From Spirochaetaceae bacterium (GTDB lineage: Bacteria; Spirochaetota; Spirochaetia; DSM-27196; PWMO01): a stretch of 64,000 nt of DNA. Made by a program: the position numbers and the translations under genes. This document shows positions 18,300 to 26,461 of the stretch, piece after piece (position 1 is the stretch's first letter; the number at the start of each line of letters is the position of its first letter). The stretch lies in assembly GCA_007693325.1 (NCBI GenBank), contig REDW01000061.1:21564-85563 (forward strand), given 5' to 3'. The notes under the pieces were generated by a model that did no database searches, was not told the DNA's origin, and saw only the letters and a list, made by a program, of their open reading frames with translations.

Positions 18300-19316
18300 T
18301 CAGGCTGTGTTGTTACGATCGTGGAATACCAGTCTGGTCGGCAGGCGCTCTATTCTCGGCTGCGGCGGCTCGTTGTGGTTCAAGCGCAGCTCGATGCGCT
18401 CCAGCAGCAGCTGCGCAGCGCGGCTGCCGATCTGCAGTACCGGCTGTGCAATGGTCAGGCTGGGTACACCGGCAACCGCTGAAAGCGCCATGTCATCGAA
18501 ACTGGCTATGAAGATCGGCCGCGACCGCTGCGAACGGTGTTCCACCAGGTACTGCGTGGCGCCGATGTGCATGAAGTAGTTGGAGATGAAGACGCTCGCC
18601 GGCGCCGGGCTGTGCTCCGCCAACTGTTTCATCATCGCGTATCCTGAATCCACGTGGTAATCGCCAAACTTGATATGCGCCGGGTCGGGTTGAATGCCGA
18701 ACTCCGATAGCGCGTGCATGAATCCCTGGTAGCGTTCGCGAAACGGCGTCAGGCTCACGTCTCCACCGATGAAGCCGAAATGGGTGTGGCCGCGTTTGAG
18801 CAGATGATGAATAGCCTTGTAGGTGCCGGTAGCGTTATCCACCAGTACCGCGTCCGATGAGAAACCGGCTGCCAGCCGATCAACGAGCACCGTTGGTAGC
18901 CCAACCTGCTGCAGAAACCGCAGATGCGCGCCGCTGCCGCTGGAAGGAGCGATTATGACACCATCAACGCATTTCTCTATCAGCAGTTCCAGGCGCTCTA
19001 CCTCTTCGTCTGCACTCTCATTGGAATTGCATATGATCAGATTGTAGCCGCGCTCGCGCAGGGCGTTCTCAACCCCCTGCGCCACGGTCATGAAGAAATC
19101 GTTGGCAATTTCAGGCGCCAGAAATCCTACGGTAAACGTGCGGTTCGATTTCAGACTGCGGGCAATGGAGTTGACCTTGTAGTTCAGCTTATCGACGATT
19201 TTCAGGACCCGGTCACGGGTAACCGCCGAGATGCGCGGATCGTTGTTGATCACGCGCGATACGGTAGCGGTAGAAACATCCGCGAGTTTGGCAACGTCCT
19301 TGATAGTTACCGCCAT
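18300..19316 (-). CDS. LacI-family transcriptional regulator
   Basis: MAVTIKDVAKLADVSTATVSRVINN HTH plus a periplasmic-binding-protein-like sugar-binding core. Confidence 0.9.
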   Translation of the reverse strand: MAVTIKDVAKLADVSTATVSRVINNDPRISAVTRDRVLKIVDKLNYKVNSIARSLKSNRTFTVGFLAPEIANDFFMTVAQGVENALRERGYNLIICNSNESADEEVERLELLIEKCVDGVIIAPSSGSGAHLRFLQQVGLPTVLVDRLAAGFSSDAVLVDNATGTYKAIHHLLKRGHTHFGFIGGDVSLTPFRERYQGFMHALSEFGIQPDPAHIKFGDYHVDSGYAMMKQLAEHSPAPASVFISNYFMHIGATQYLVEHRSQRSRPIFIASFDDMALSAVAGVPSLTIAQPVLQIGSRAAQLLLERIELRLNHNEPPQPRIERLPTRLVFHDRNNTA

Positions 19317-19419
19317 CGTGGTATAGCTTCACCCGAAAGAGTCCGAAAAGCAAGCCAAAATTTCGCGGCGCCGCCGCCTGCAGGCTCTGCAACCGCCGCG
19401 GCATAGCCTCGCGCTGCGG

Positions 19420-20172
19420 TCAGCCGCCGCCGGCGGACTGCCAATCGCCCTCGGCAGGGCAGGCGAGGCGGTCTGCGTACGCCCAGCTGTTGCCAACCTC
19501 GCATATCAGCCTGGCGGGGCACGCCTCCCACGACAGCGCAGGGTTGCTGAATGCGCGCGCGGCTTCGCGCTTGGCCGCGCCGAAGAACAATACAATTGCG
19601 GTTGCGCAGCCGCGGATTGCGCGCGGTCCCAGTGTTATGCGCCGTGCCGGCGGTTTGGGGGAGTTGTCTATCGACAGGTAGTCATCAGCGTTGCTGAAAA
19701 GCGCTGCGGAGCCGGGAAAGAGCGAAGCAACGTGACCGTCCTCGCCGGCGCCAAGCACCACCACATCGATCTGAATACAACCGTCTCGATGGCGCGGCAG
19801 CGCCAGAGTGCGGCGGAAATCGTGCAGGCCCCAGTCTGCTCGCTGTGGTTGGTACCTGAACGGCCTGCTCTCAGGCAGCTCGAGCGCAGCGCGCGCGCGT
19901 AACGGCTGTAGCAGTTCGCGTTCCACGATGTGCCAGTTGCGCTCGCTGTCACCGTTCGGCAGGCAGCGCTCATCCGCGGGTATGAGCGTCACCGCGCGCC
20001 ATTCAACCTGCTGCTGCGCCAGGTGGCGCAGTACCCCGCTGATTGATCGACCGCCAGGCAGCGCCAGGGATGCCTGTCCGTGCTGCTGCAGCGCGGTCTG
20101 CAGGCCGGCAGCGATTTGCTCGGCAATCAGGCGTTCCAGTTCGGCTTGGCTGCCGCAGCGGCGTGTTGTCAT
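19420..20172 (-). CDS. pgl: 6-phosphogluconolactonase
   Basis: LALPGGRS, ADERCLP..D.ERN and VVLGAGEDGHVASLFPGS motifs. Confidence 0.85.
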   Translation of the reverse strand: MTTRRCGSQAELERLIAEQIAAGLQTALQQHGQASLALPGGRSISGVLRHLAQQQVEWRAVTLIPADERCLPNGDSERNWHIVERELLQPLRARAALELPESRPFRYQPQRADWGLHDFRRTLALPRHRDGCIQIDVVVLGAGEDGHVASLFPGSAALFSNADDYLSIDNSPKPPARRITLGPRAIRGCATAIVLFFGAAKREAARAFSNPALSWEACPARLICEVGNSWAYADRLACPAEGDWQSAGGG

Positions 20173-20174
20173 CG

Positions 20175-22169
20175 CTACTCCCGATATTCAATGCTGTAGC
20201 GGGCTCCGTCCTGCTCGTCGTGCATGAACGAGCCGTCGATCCTTAGCGCCAGGAACTCGACTATACGCAGCAGCATCGAGCGGCTGTCGTCGGTTTCGCC
20301 GGCGGCGCTGTGCTGCTCGGCGGCGGAACCGAATATGTCGCTGCCGCCGTGGCCGATTGTCAGCGAGTTGCGGGCATGCCGGGCCTGGTGCGAAACGCTG
20401 AGGTATCTGATGTCGCATTCGTCAAGCGCATACCCCAGGATCTCCGCTGTTATCAGGCCCAGTGTGATTGCCCGATCCAGCGCCAGTTCAAGCGAATCAA
20501 ACTGGAACTCAACCGATAGTGTCAGCGGATCGACGCCGTAGCGGCGTGCCAGCTGGGGGATTATGCTGCTCAGGTAGTCGCGGAGGTCGATCCTGTTCCA
20601 ATTGGCGCCGGCGAGCGCCTGTTCGTAGGCTGTCTCCAGTGCGATTACGCGGATAGCGGAGCGGTTCAGCTCACGTAGAGCCTGCGGCTCGATGGTGTGG
20701 TCCTGCTGCACTGCAAGCAGCCCGGAAACCAGTTGCAGGTTGCCGTTCATCTGCTGCTGCAGCTCCTGCAGGCTGCGATCCTTATCCTGCAGGTTCTGGC
20801 GCAGCCACGCCTCGGACTGCTTACGGTCAGTGATGTCCTCAACAAAGAGAATGTGCGACTGAATCTCGCCATCGGCATCGTGGACCGGATAGATCTTGAT
20901 CCATGACCAGTACGACTCGCCGTCACGGCGCCATACGATCGAATCACCCTCCCAGACTGCCCCGCTCTCAATCGCTTTGAGTACTTCGGTCGCAGTCTCC
21001 TCCTGCAGATAGTCGCTGAGAAGGTCGAGCAGGTTCTGGCCAAATACGTCTTCGGGTCTATGCCCGTTCAAGCGCAAGAAGTAGGGATTGGCGTAATCGA
21101 TCCGGCCATCAGCTCTGGCGATGCAGACAGCTGTCTTGCTCTGCTCCATTGCAAGCGAGAGTTCGTGCAGCATCTGCTGTGAGCGCTTGCGCTGCGTGAT
21201 GTCGCGGATGATGCCCACCGTCCCGGTAAAAAAGCGCTGCTGGATTTCGGTACGGTAGTGGCCTGCGGCGGCAATCTCGCCGTAGGCGGTCACCGAGGCG
21301 ATCATGTTGGGCGCGCTGGCACCGTTCTTACGGCGTACGCGCACCTCAAGGCCGTGCGTACAGCGATCGCCGGCACGGCGCTCATCGAACAGCCCCGGCG
21401 CGTTGCTCGGGCCGGTGATAGAGCCGCGCATTGTGGGCAGGACCTGGCTACGGCTTACCCGCGGAACGTCCTCGGCGTGCAGCAGGCTGCTGAAGTGTGT
21501 GCCGATGAGCTCGCTGGGCGAATAGCCCAGTTGCCGCACGGCGTCGTTGACAAAAGTAAAACGGCCGGAAGGGTCAATTTTATAGACGATGTCTGGAATG
21601 GCCTGAATCAGATCTTCGTAGCGCTTTTCGCTCGAGCGCAGCATGTCGTTTGTGGTTTCGGAGCGATCGCGCTGCAGCAGCAGCTTGCGTATCATGCACG
21701 GCAGCAGCTGCAGGTAGCGCTGCTCGGCATCTTTGAGCATGAACTCGCAGCCGCAGCGATTGTGTGCCTCACACAGCAGAGGTTCTGTTCCCGCTGCTCC
21801 AACTATGAGTGCCGCGATCTCGTTATTGGCCTCGAGCAACTCGAACGCCTGTTCACCCAGGCTGTCTGCGTCCAGCAGCAGCAGCGCGCTGTCGTCGGCT
21901 CCCGGTGGCTCGGGCAGCTGCTGCCGCCGCTGGTCCGCCGGGTGCACGACTATCGACGCGCCGAGCGTCGTGCCGCTGAGAAGTTCGTCCAGGACGGCGG
22001 CAAATTCTATATCGTGTGTTACGCAATGGATAGTCAGCGACACTCTCCCATTATCGGCCGGTTTGCGGCGAACGTGACTCGCGTGTGGGACCGTTGCGGC
22101 GCTGCGGCAGCTGCGTGCACTTGTGCCGTGCCGGCCTCTTTTCTGGTCCACGGCAATTGCCATCGGCAC
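20175..22169 (-). CDS. PAS-domain signalling protein with degenerate HisKA_2/HATPase-like C-terminus
   Basis: Two PAS modules (EKRYEDLIQAIPDIVYKIDPSGRFTFVN...; MEQSKTAVCIARADGRIDYANPYF...), each ending in DIT.RK. The C-terminal region aligns to the HisKA_2 pattern but lacks the His. True start uncertain (GTG 22169, ATG 22163, GTG 22043). Confidence 0.7.
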   Translation of the reverse strand: MPMAIAVDQKRGRHGTSARSCRSAATVPHASHVRRKPADNGRVSLTIHCVTHDIEFAAVLDELLSGTTLGASIVVHPADQRRQQLPEPPGADDSALLLLDADSLGEQAFELLEANNEIAALIVGAAGTEPLLCEAHNRCGCEFMLKDAEQRYLQLLPCMIRKLLLQRDRSETTNDMLRSSEKRYEDLIQAIPDIVYKIDPSGRFTFVNDAVRQLGYSPSELIGTHFSSLLHAEDVPRVSRSQVLPTMRGSITGPSNAPGLFDERRAGDRCTHGLEVRVRRKNGASAPNMIASVTAYGEIAAAGHYRTEIQQRFFTGTVGIIRDITQRKRSQQMLHELSLAMEQSKTAVCIARADGRIDYANPYFLRLNGHRPEDVFGQNLLDLLSDYLQEETATEVLKAIESGAVWEGDSIVWRRDGESYWSWIKIYPVHDADGEIQSHILFVEDITDRKQSEAWLRQNLQDKDRSLQELQQQMNGNLQLVSGLLAVQQDHTIEPQALRELNRSAIRVIALETAYEQALAGANWNRIDLRDYLSSIIPQLARRYGVDPLTLSVEFQFDSLELALDRAITLGLITAEILGYALDECDIRYLSVSHQARHARNSLTIGHGGSDIFGSAAEQHSAAGETDDSRSMLLRIVEFLALRIDGSFMHDEQDGARYSIEYRE

Positions 22170-22244
22170 CGCTTGCTGCTATGCTATACCACATCGCCGA
22201 TACATCTGACTCGACGTTGTGCGAGCTGCTCCAGGGAGGGATAC

Positions 22245-22751
22245 ATGGCGAATATCTGCATCATCTACGGCTCCTCTACCGGAAACACGCGCGATGTAGC
22301 TCAGAAGCTGCAATCACTGTGGGGCAGCAATGAAGCCGATCTGTTCGAGGTGACCGAAATCGACACCGACATCTTCGAGCGCTACAACCGCTTCATCTTC
22401 GCGGTGTCTACCTGGGGCGCCGGAGATCTCCAGGACGACTGGGAGTTGTTCTTCCCGCGGCTGGACGAGGTCGATTTTGGCTCCAAGCGCGTTGCCGTGA
22501 TGGCGCTCGGCGATCAGCAACACTATCCGGACGCTTTTGCGGACTGCGTTGCGTTGCTGGTGGATAAGGTCAGCGAGCGCGGTGCAACAGTGGTTGGCGC
22601 TACTTTGCCCGAGGGGTACAGCTATAACAGTTCACGCGCCGAGCGCGAGGGAAGATTGCTCGGCTTGTTACTGGACGAGGACAACCAGGCCGATTTGACC
22701 GACAAACGCCTGCGCGCCTGGGTTGTGTCGTTGCGCAAGCAATTTCGCTGA
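22245..22751 (+). CDS. fldA: flavodoxin (long-chain)
   Basis: MANICIIYGSSTGNTRDVA...STWGAGDLQDDW. Start at ATG 22245 after AGGGAGGG. The track ORF (21258..22751) carries a spurious N-terminal extension antisense to the PAS gene. Confidence 0.9.
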   Translation: MANICIIYGSSTGNTRDVAQKLQSLWGSNEADLFEVTEIDTDIFERYNRFIFAVSTWGAGDLQDDWELFFPRLDEVDFGSKRVAVMALGDQQHYPDAFADCVALLVDKVSERGATVVGATLPEGYSYNSSRAEREGRLLGLLLDEDNQADLTDKRLRAWVVSLRKQFR

Positions 22752-22767
22752 GATGGCCCGGCATCTA

Positions 22768-22796
22768 TTGACAAAGACGAGGCGCTTTGATAGCTT
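22768..22796 (+). promoter_or_regulatory. sigma70-like promoter TTGACA-N17-TAGCTT upstream of tRNA-Thr
   Basis: Hexamers at 22768..22773 and 22791..22796. The tRNA starts 16 nt after the -10. Confidence 0.5.
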
Positions 22797-22811
22797 TGTC
22801 ATCCACAACAG

Positions 22812-22884
22812 GCCCTTGTAGCTCAGTCGGTAGAGCACGTCCATGGTAAGGACGGGGTCATCGGTTCAAGTCCGATCGAGGGCT
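22812..22884 (+). tRNA. tRNA-Thr (anticodon GGT)
   Basis: Hand-folded 73-nt cloverleaf: acceptor GCCCTTG/CGAGGGC, D stem GCTC/GAGC, anticodon stem CGTCC/GGACG with loop ATGGTAA, T arm ATCGG-TTCAAGT-CCGAT. No encoded CCA. Confidence 0.9.
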
Positions 22885-22912
22885 CGGTATCGTTTGCGAC
22901 GCGGGCGGGCAG

Positions 22913-22942
22913 TTGACACACCAGAAGTGTGTCCTCTATTTT
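22913..22942 (+). promoter_or_regulatory. sigma70-like promoter TTGACA-N18-TATTTT upstream of rpmG
   Basis: Hexamers at 22913..22918 and 22937..22942. Confidence 0.45.
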
Positions 22943-22960
22943 GTGGTCAGGGAGAAGCAG

Positions 22961-23137
22961 ATGGCAAAGGCAAAAGGCAAGAGCGTTGAGCTCATCGCCT
23001 TGCAGTGCACCGAGTGTAACAACCGCAACTACACGACCAAGAAGAACAAGAAAAACACCCAGGGCAAGCTGGAGTTGCGCAAGTACTGTCCTTCCGAGCG
23101 GAAACATACCTTGCATCGTGAGACCAAAGTCAAGTAA
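22961..23137 (+). CDS. rpmG: 50S ribosomal protein L33
   Basis: [56 protein letters not shown]. Start at ATG 22961 after GGGAGAAG; the track ORF opens at 22913. Confidence 0.9.
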   Translation: MAKAKGKSVELIALQCTECNNRNYTTKKNKKNTQGKLELRKYCPSERKHTLHRETKVK

Positions 23138-23146
23138 ACGTCGTTT

Positions 23147-23220
23147 AGGCCAGTAGCTCCAACGGCTAGAGCGCCGGTCTCCAAAACCGGATGTTGTAGG
23201 TTCGAATCCTACCTGGCCTG
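23147..23220 (+). tRNA. tRNA-Trp (anticodon CCA)
   Basis: Hand-folded 74-nt cloverleaf: acceptor AGGCCAG/CTGGCCT, anticodon stem CCGGT/ACCGG with loop CTCCAAA, T arm GTAGG-TTCGAAT-CCTAC. Confidence 0.9.
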
Positions 23221-23262
23221 GTTTTTCTGGGCGCCGTTTCGCATGCTACGGGAGAGCAGTAG

Positions 23263-23442
23263 ATGAAAAGAATTGTTCAGTTCTTCAAAGAGAGCTATTC
23301 TGAGCTCAAGAAGGTTGTCTGGCCGTCGCGCGATGAAGTGGCGTCCTCTACCAGGGTTGTCATTATCTCCGTGGTGCTGGTTGCAATCGCGCTGGGCCTG
23401 GTCGACTTCGTTCTCATCTCTGCGGTGGACTTGATCTTCTAA
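23263..23442 (+). CDS. secE: preprotein translocase subunit SecE (59 aa)
   Basis: Hand-read MKRIVQFFKESYSELKKVVWPSRDEVASSTRVVIISVVLVAIALGLVDFVLISAVDLIF. Shows the KV.WPS motif plus one TM and sits directly upstream of nusG. Below the track cutoff. Confidence 0.85.
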   Translation: MKRIVQFFKESYSELKKVVWPSRDEVASSTRVVIISVVLVAIALGLVDFVLISAVDLIF

Positions 23443-23506
23443 CACCCGTCTGGGTGTCTCCGCGCGTTATGGCTCAACCGAGCCCGCGATACAACAAAGG
23501 GGCGGC

Positions 23507-24061
23507 ATGTCAAAACAGTGGTACGTTCTGCATACGTATTCCGGATACGAGAACAAGATCGAAAAGACCATCCGGCGCCTCATGGAGGACGGTGAGCTTG
23601 AGTCGGCGGTAGCCGACATCAAGGTACCGGCCGAACAGGTGGTGGAGGTCAAAGAGGGCAAGAAGAAAGTCTCGATGAAGAAGTTTCTGCCCGGATACAT
23701 TCTGCTCGAAATGGATTTGCCCGATCTCGGCTGGAAGCAGATCTGTTCCAAGATCAGGCGCATCAACGGGGTGACAGGATTTGTAGGGTCCGGTGCGGGC
23801 TTCAAACCGCAGCCGATTTCGGCTGAAGAGGCGCGTGCGATCCTGCAGAAGACCGGTGAGATCAAGGGAGACAAGGGGCTCAAGCCCAAGCAGAGCTTCT
23901 CTGCCGGCGAGGCAGTGCGCATTGTTGAGGGGCCGTTCGAGTCGTTTACCGGAACGGTAGAGGAAGTGAACCTGGAGAAGGGCAAGCTGCGGGTGACCGT
24001 TGGTATCTTTGGCCGGTCGACACCGGTTGAAGTTGACTTTCTGCAGGTAGAAAAAGTATAA
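23507..24061 (+). CDS. nusG: transcription termination/antitermination factor NusG
   Basis: MSKQWYVLHTYSGYENKI... NGN domain and a C-terminal KOW (VRIVEGPFESFTGTVEEV). Confidence 0.95.
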   Translation: MSKQWYVLHTYSGYENKIEKTIRRLMEDGELESAVADIKVPAEQVVEVKEGKKKVSMKKFLPGYILLEMDLPDLGWKQICSKIRRINGVTGFVGSGAGFKPQPISAEEARAILQKTGEIKGDKGLKPKQSFSAGEAVRIVEGPFESFTGTVEEVNLEKGKLRVTVGIFGRSTPVEVDFLQVEKV

Positions 24062-24163
24062 GAGGTATCCGTTTGCGGGCGCAGGGTGCGCTGAAGCGGA
24101 GGTTGGGAGCTGTGTAACGGCTGTGGCCGGCACGGCGTTTGTACCACAAAAGGAGTTCGCCAC

Positions 24164-24601
24164 ATGGCAAAGAAGAAAGTGGCGGCTATCATTAAACTGC
24201 AATGCCCCGCGGGCAAAGCTACACCGGCGCCGCCGGTTGGTCCGGCGTTAGGTCCGCACGGCGTCAGCGCGCCGCAGTTTGTGCAGCAGTTTAACGATGC
24301 CACCAAAAACATGGAGCCGGGATTGACTATCCCGGTAGTGATCACGGTCTACGCGGACCGATCATTCAGCTTCATAACCAAGACGCCTCCCGCGGCAGTG
24401 CTGATCAAGAAGGCCATCAATCTGGAGAGTGGATCGGCCGAGCCGCACAAGGTCAAGGTCGGCAGGATACCCAGAGACAAGCTGCGCGAGATCGCCGAGC
24501 TCAAGATGAAGGACCTCAATGCCAACGACGTCGATGCCGCGATCAAGATCATCGCCGGTACTGCGCGCAGTATGGGGGTTGAGGTGGAGGCCGCGTCATG
24601 A
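24164..24601 (+). CDS. rplK: 50S ribosomal protein L11
   Basis: [24 protein letters not shown] signature. Confidence 0.95.
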   Translation: MAKKKVAAIIKLQCPAGKATPAPPVGPALGPHGVSAPQFVQQFNDATKNMEPGLTIPVVITVYADRSFSFITKTPPAAVLIKKAINLESGSAEPHKVKVGRIPRDKLREIAELKMKDLNANDVDAAIKIIAGTARSMGVEVEAAS

Positions 24602-25281
24602 AGCACGGCAAGAAATACCGCGATGCCGCCGCGCAGGTGAAGAAGACCGAGCAGTTTCCGGTGCGCGATGCCGTAGAGAAAGTCAAAGAGCTTTCGTTTA
24701 CCAGGTTTGACGAGACCATCGAGCTGCACATGAACCTGCAGCTGAAGAAGAGTGTCAACGTCCGCGACACTCTGGTGCTGCCACATCAGTTTGTTGGTGA
24801 GAAACGCATACTGGTCTTTGCCAAGGGCGACAAGGCAACCGAGGCAACCGAGGCTGGAGCTACCTTCGTTGGGGACGATGACCTGATCGAGAAGATTCGC
24901 GGTGGCTGGCTGGACTTCGATGTCGCGGTGGCAACACCGGACATGATGAAGGATGTCGGCCGGCTCGGCCCGATCCTCGGACGTCGCGGCCTGATGCCTA
25001 ATCCCAAGACTCAGACGGTGACAAACGATGTCAAGGCTGCCATCGAGGAGCTGCGCAAGGGACGTGTCGAGTATCGCTCCGACAAGACCGGTGTGGTGCA
25101 TCTGGCCGTTGGCAAGGTCTCGATGGAGAGCGATCAGGTTGCCGAGAACGTCGAGTTGATCATCAATGAGGTCCGTAAACGGCGTCCGGCCGACACCAAG
25201 GGAACATTTGTGAAGTCGATAGCCGTTTCGTCAACAATGGGACCCGGTGTACGAATCGAATCCGCGGTCGGTGGCGAGTAG
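24598..25281 (+). CDS. rplA: 50S ribosomal protein L1
   Basis: Conserved L1 sequence ([11 protein letters not shown]...[22 protein letters not shown]). ATGA overlap with rplK. Confidence 0.95.
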   Translation: MKHGKKYRDAAAQVKKTEQFPVRDAVEKVKELSFTRFDETIELHMNLQLKKSVNVRDTLVLPHQFVGEKRILVFAKGDKATEATEAGATFVGDDDLIEKIRGGWLDFDVAVATPDMMKDVGRLGPILGRRGLMPNPKTQTVTNDVKAAIEELRKGRVEYRSDKTGVVHLAVGKVSMESDQVAENVELIINEVRKRRPADTKGTFVKSIAVSSTMGPGVRIESAVGGE

Positions 25282-25288
25282 GAGGTCC

Positions 25289-25831
25289 ATGATGACTGAA
25301 TATACAACCAAGGTGCAGCAGCACAAGACCGACTCGGTCAACTATCTCAAGGACCGGTTTGCCAATACCGCCGACTTTGTATTCACCGACTACCGCGGGC
25401 TGAGCGTGCTGCAGATCAGCGAGTTGCGCAGTAAGCTGCGTCAGCATAACGCCGAATTTCGCGTTGTCAAGAATCGCTTTGCGATACGCGCGCTGGAACA
25501 GATGAAGATGCCAGATGCATCCGAGCTGCTGGTCGGGCCCACCGCTCTGGCGCTTCCGCACGACGAAGCCGGTCCGGTGGTCAAGGCGCTGATCGAGTTC
25601 GGCAAGAGCTCCACGCTGGAGGTCAAAGGCGCAATCATTGAAGGTCAGGTATTCTCCAGGGAGCAGACCGAGGCCTACTCCCGGCTGCCGACGCGGCTTG
25701 AGCTGATCTCGATGTTGATGGGGACCATGAAGGCCCCGCTACAGAACCTGGTATTTGTGATCAACGGGGTGTCCAGCAAGCTGGTGCGGACACTGGCTGC
25801 GGTTGCAGAACAGAAGAAAGAACAGGAATAA
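25289..25831 (+). CDS. rplJ: 50S ribosomal protein L10
   Basis: FVFTDYRGLSV.QISELRSKLR...FRVVKN pattern. Start at ATG 25289 after AGGAGG; the track ORF opens at 25247. Confidence 0.9.
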   Translation: MMTEYTTKVQQHKTDSVNYLKDRFANTADFVFTDYRGLSVLQISELRSKLRQHNAEFRVVKNRFAIRALEQMKMPDASELLVGPTALALPHDEAGPVVKALIEFGKSSTLEVKGAIIEGQVFSREQTEAYSRLPTRLELISMLMGTMKAPLQNLVFVINGVSSKLVRTLAAVAEQKKEQE

Positions 25832-25920
25832 GCGTACGCTTAGCAGAGTCTACGAAATGCCGACGTTAGTCTTCGAGCTGTGTTCCATGCTATCGTCGGC
25901 AAAACAAAGGAGAAGGTAAT

Positions 25921-26313
25921 ATGGCAACACTGAGCAAAGAAGATGTGTTGGAGGCCATTGCCAACATGACCGTGCTGGAAGTATCCGAGCTGGTTAGTGC
26001 AATGGAAGAGAAGTTTGGCGTAACTGCGGCGGCTCCGGTAGCGGCAGCTGCGGCGGCTCCTGCTGCCGGCGGCGCTGCCGCTGAGGCAGAAGAAGAGCAG
26101 ACCGAGTTCAACGTCATCCTGAAGAGTTTTGAGGACGGGAAGAAGATTCCGGTTATCAAAGAGGTGCGTGCGATCACCGGTCTTGGCCTGAAAGAAGCCA
26201 AAGAACTGGTGGAAGCGGGAGGAAAAGCTGTTAAAGAGGGCGTTTCCAAAGAAGAATCCGCTAAGCTCAAGGAGCAACTTGAGGGCGTTGGCGCCGCTGT
26301 GGAGATCAAATAA
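25921..26313 (+). CDS. rplL: 50S ribosomal protein L7/L12
   Basis: Ala-rich hinge followed by [24 protein letters not shown]. Confidence 0.95.
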   Translation: MATLSKEDVLEAIANMTVLEVSELVSAMEEKFGVTAAAPVAAAAAAPAAGGAAAEAEEEQTEFNVILKSFEDGKKIPVIKEVRAITGLGLKEAKELVEAGGKAVKEGVSKEESAKLKEQLEGVGAAVEIK

Positions 26314-26349
26314 CGCAAGGCACCGTCTTGTGCATCAATGCATTGTCTC

Positions 26350-26396
26350 GCGATACCACCAACACGAATTCGTGCAGGTGGTATCGCTGTGTTTTC
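26350..26396 (+). terminator. long hairpin plus T-rich tail between rplL and rpoB (attenuator-like)
   Basis: GCGATACCACC (26350..26360) pairs with GGTGGTATCGC (26377..26387). An inner palindrome CACGAATTCGTG sits in the loop, and the hairpin is followed by TGTGTTTTC. Confidence 0.55.
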
Positions 26397-26461
26397 AGCC
26401 TGTCCATTTCAGTGGCGGCGGCGCAGTCGTGTATCGGACTGTGGCGTAGGGGGTAAGAAAA

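Noticed and set aside
21258-22244. N-terminal 329 residues of the 497-aa track ORF 21258..22751
   Set aside because: This part is antisense to the PAS-domain gene. Only the last 168 residues, from ATG 22245 after AGGGAGGG, form a complete flavodoxin.
22812-23220. tRNA genes as possible integration sites for a mobile element
   Set aside because: No integrase, direct repeat of a tRNA 3' end, or foreign-looking genes flank them. Both tRNAs sit in the conserved tRNA-rpmG-tRNA-secE-nusG context.
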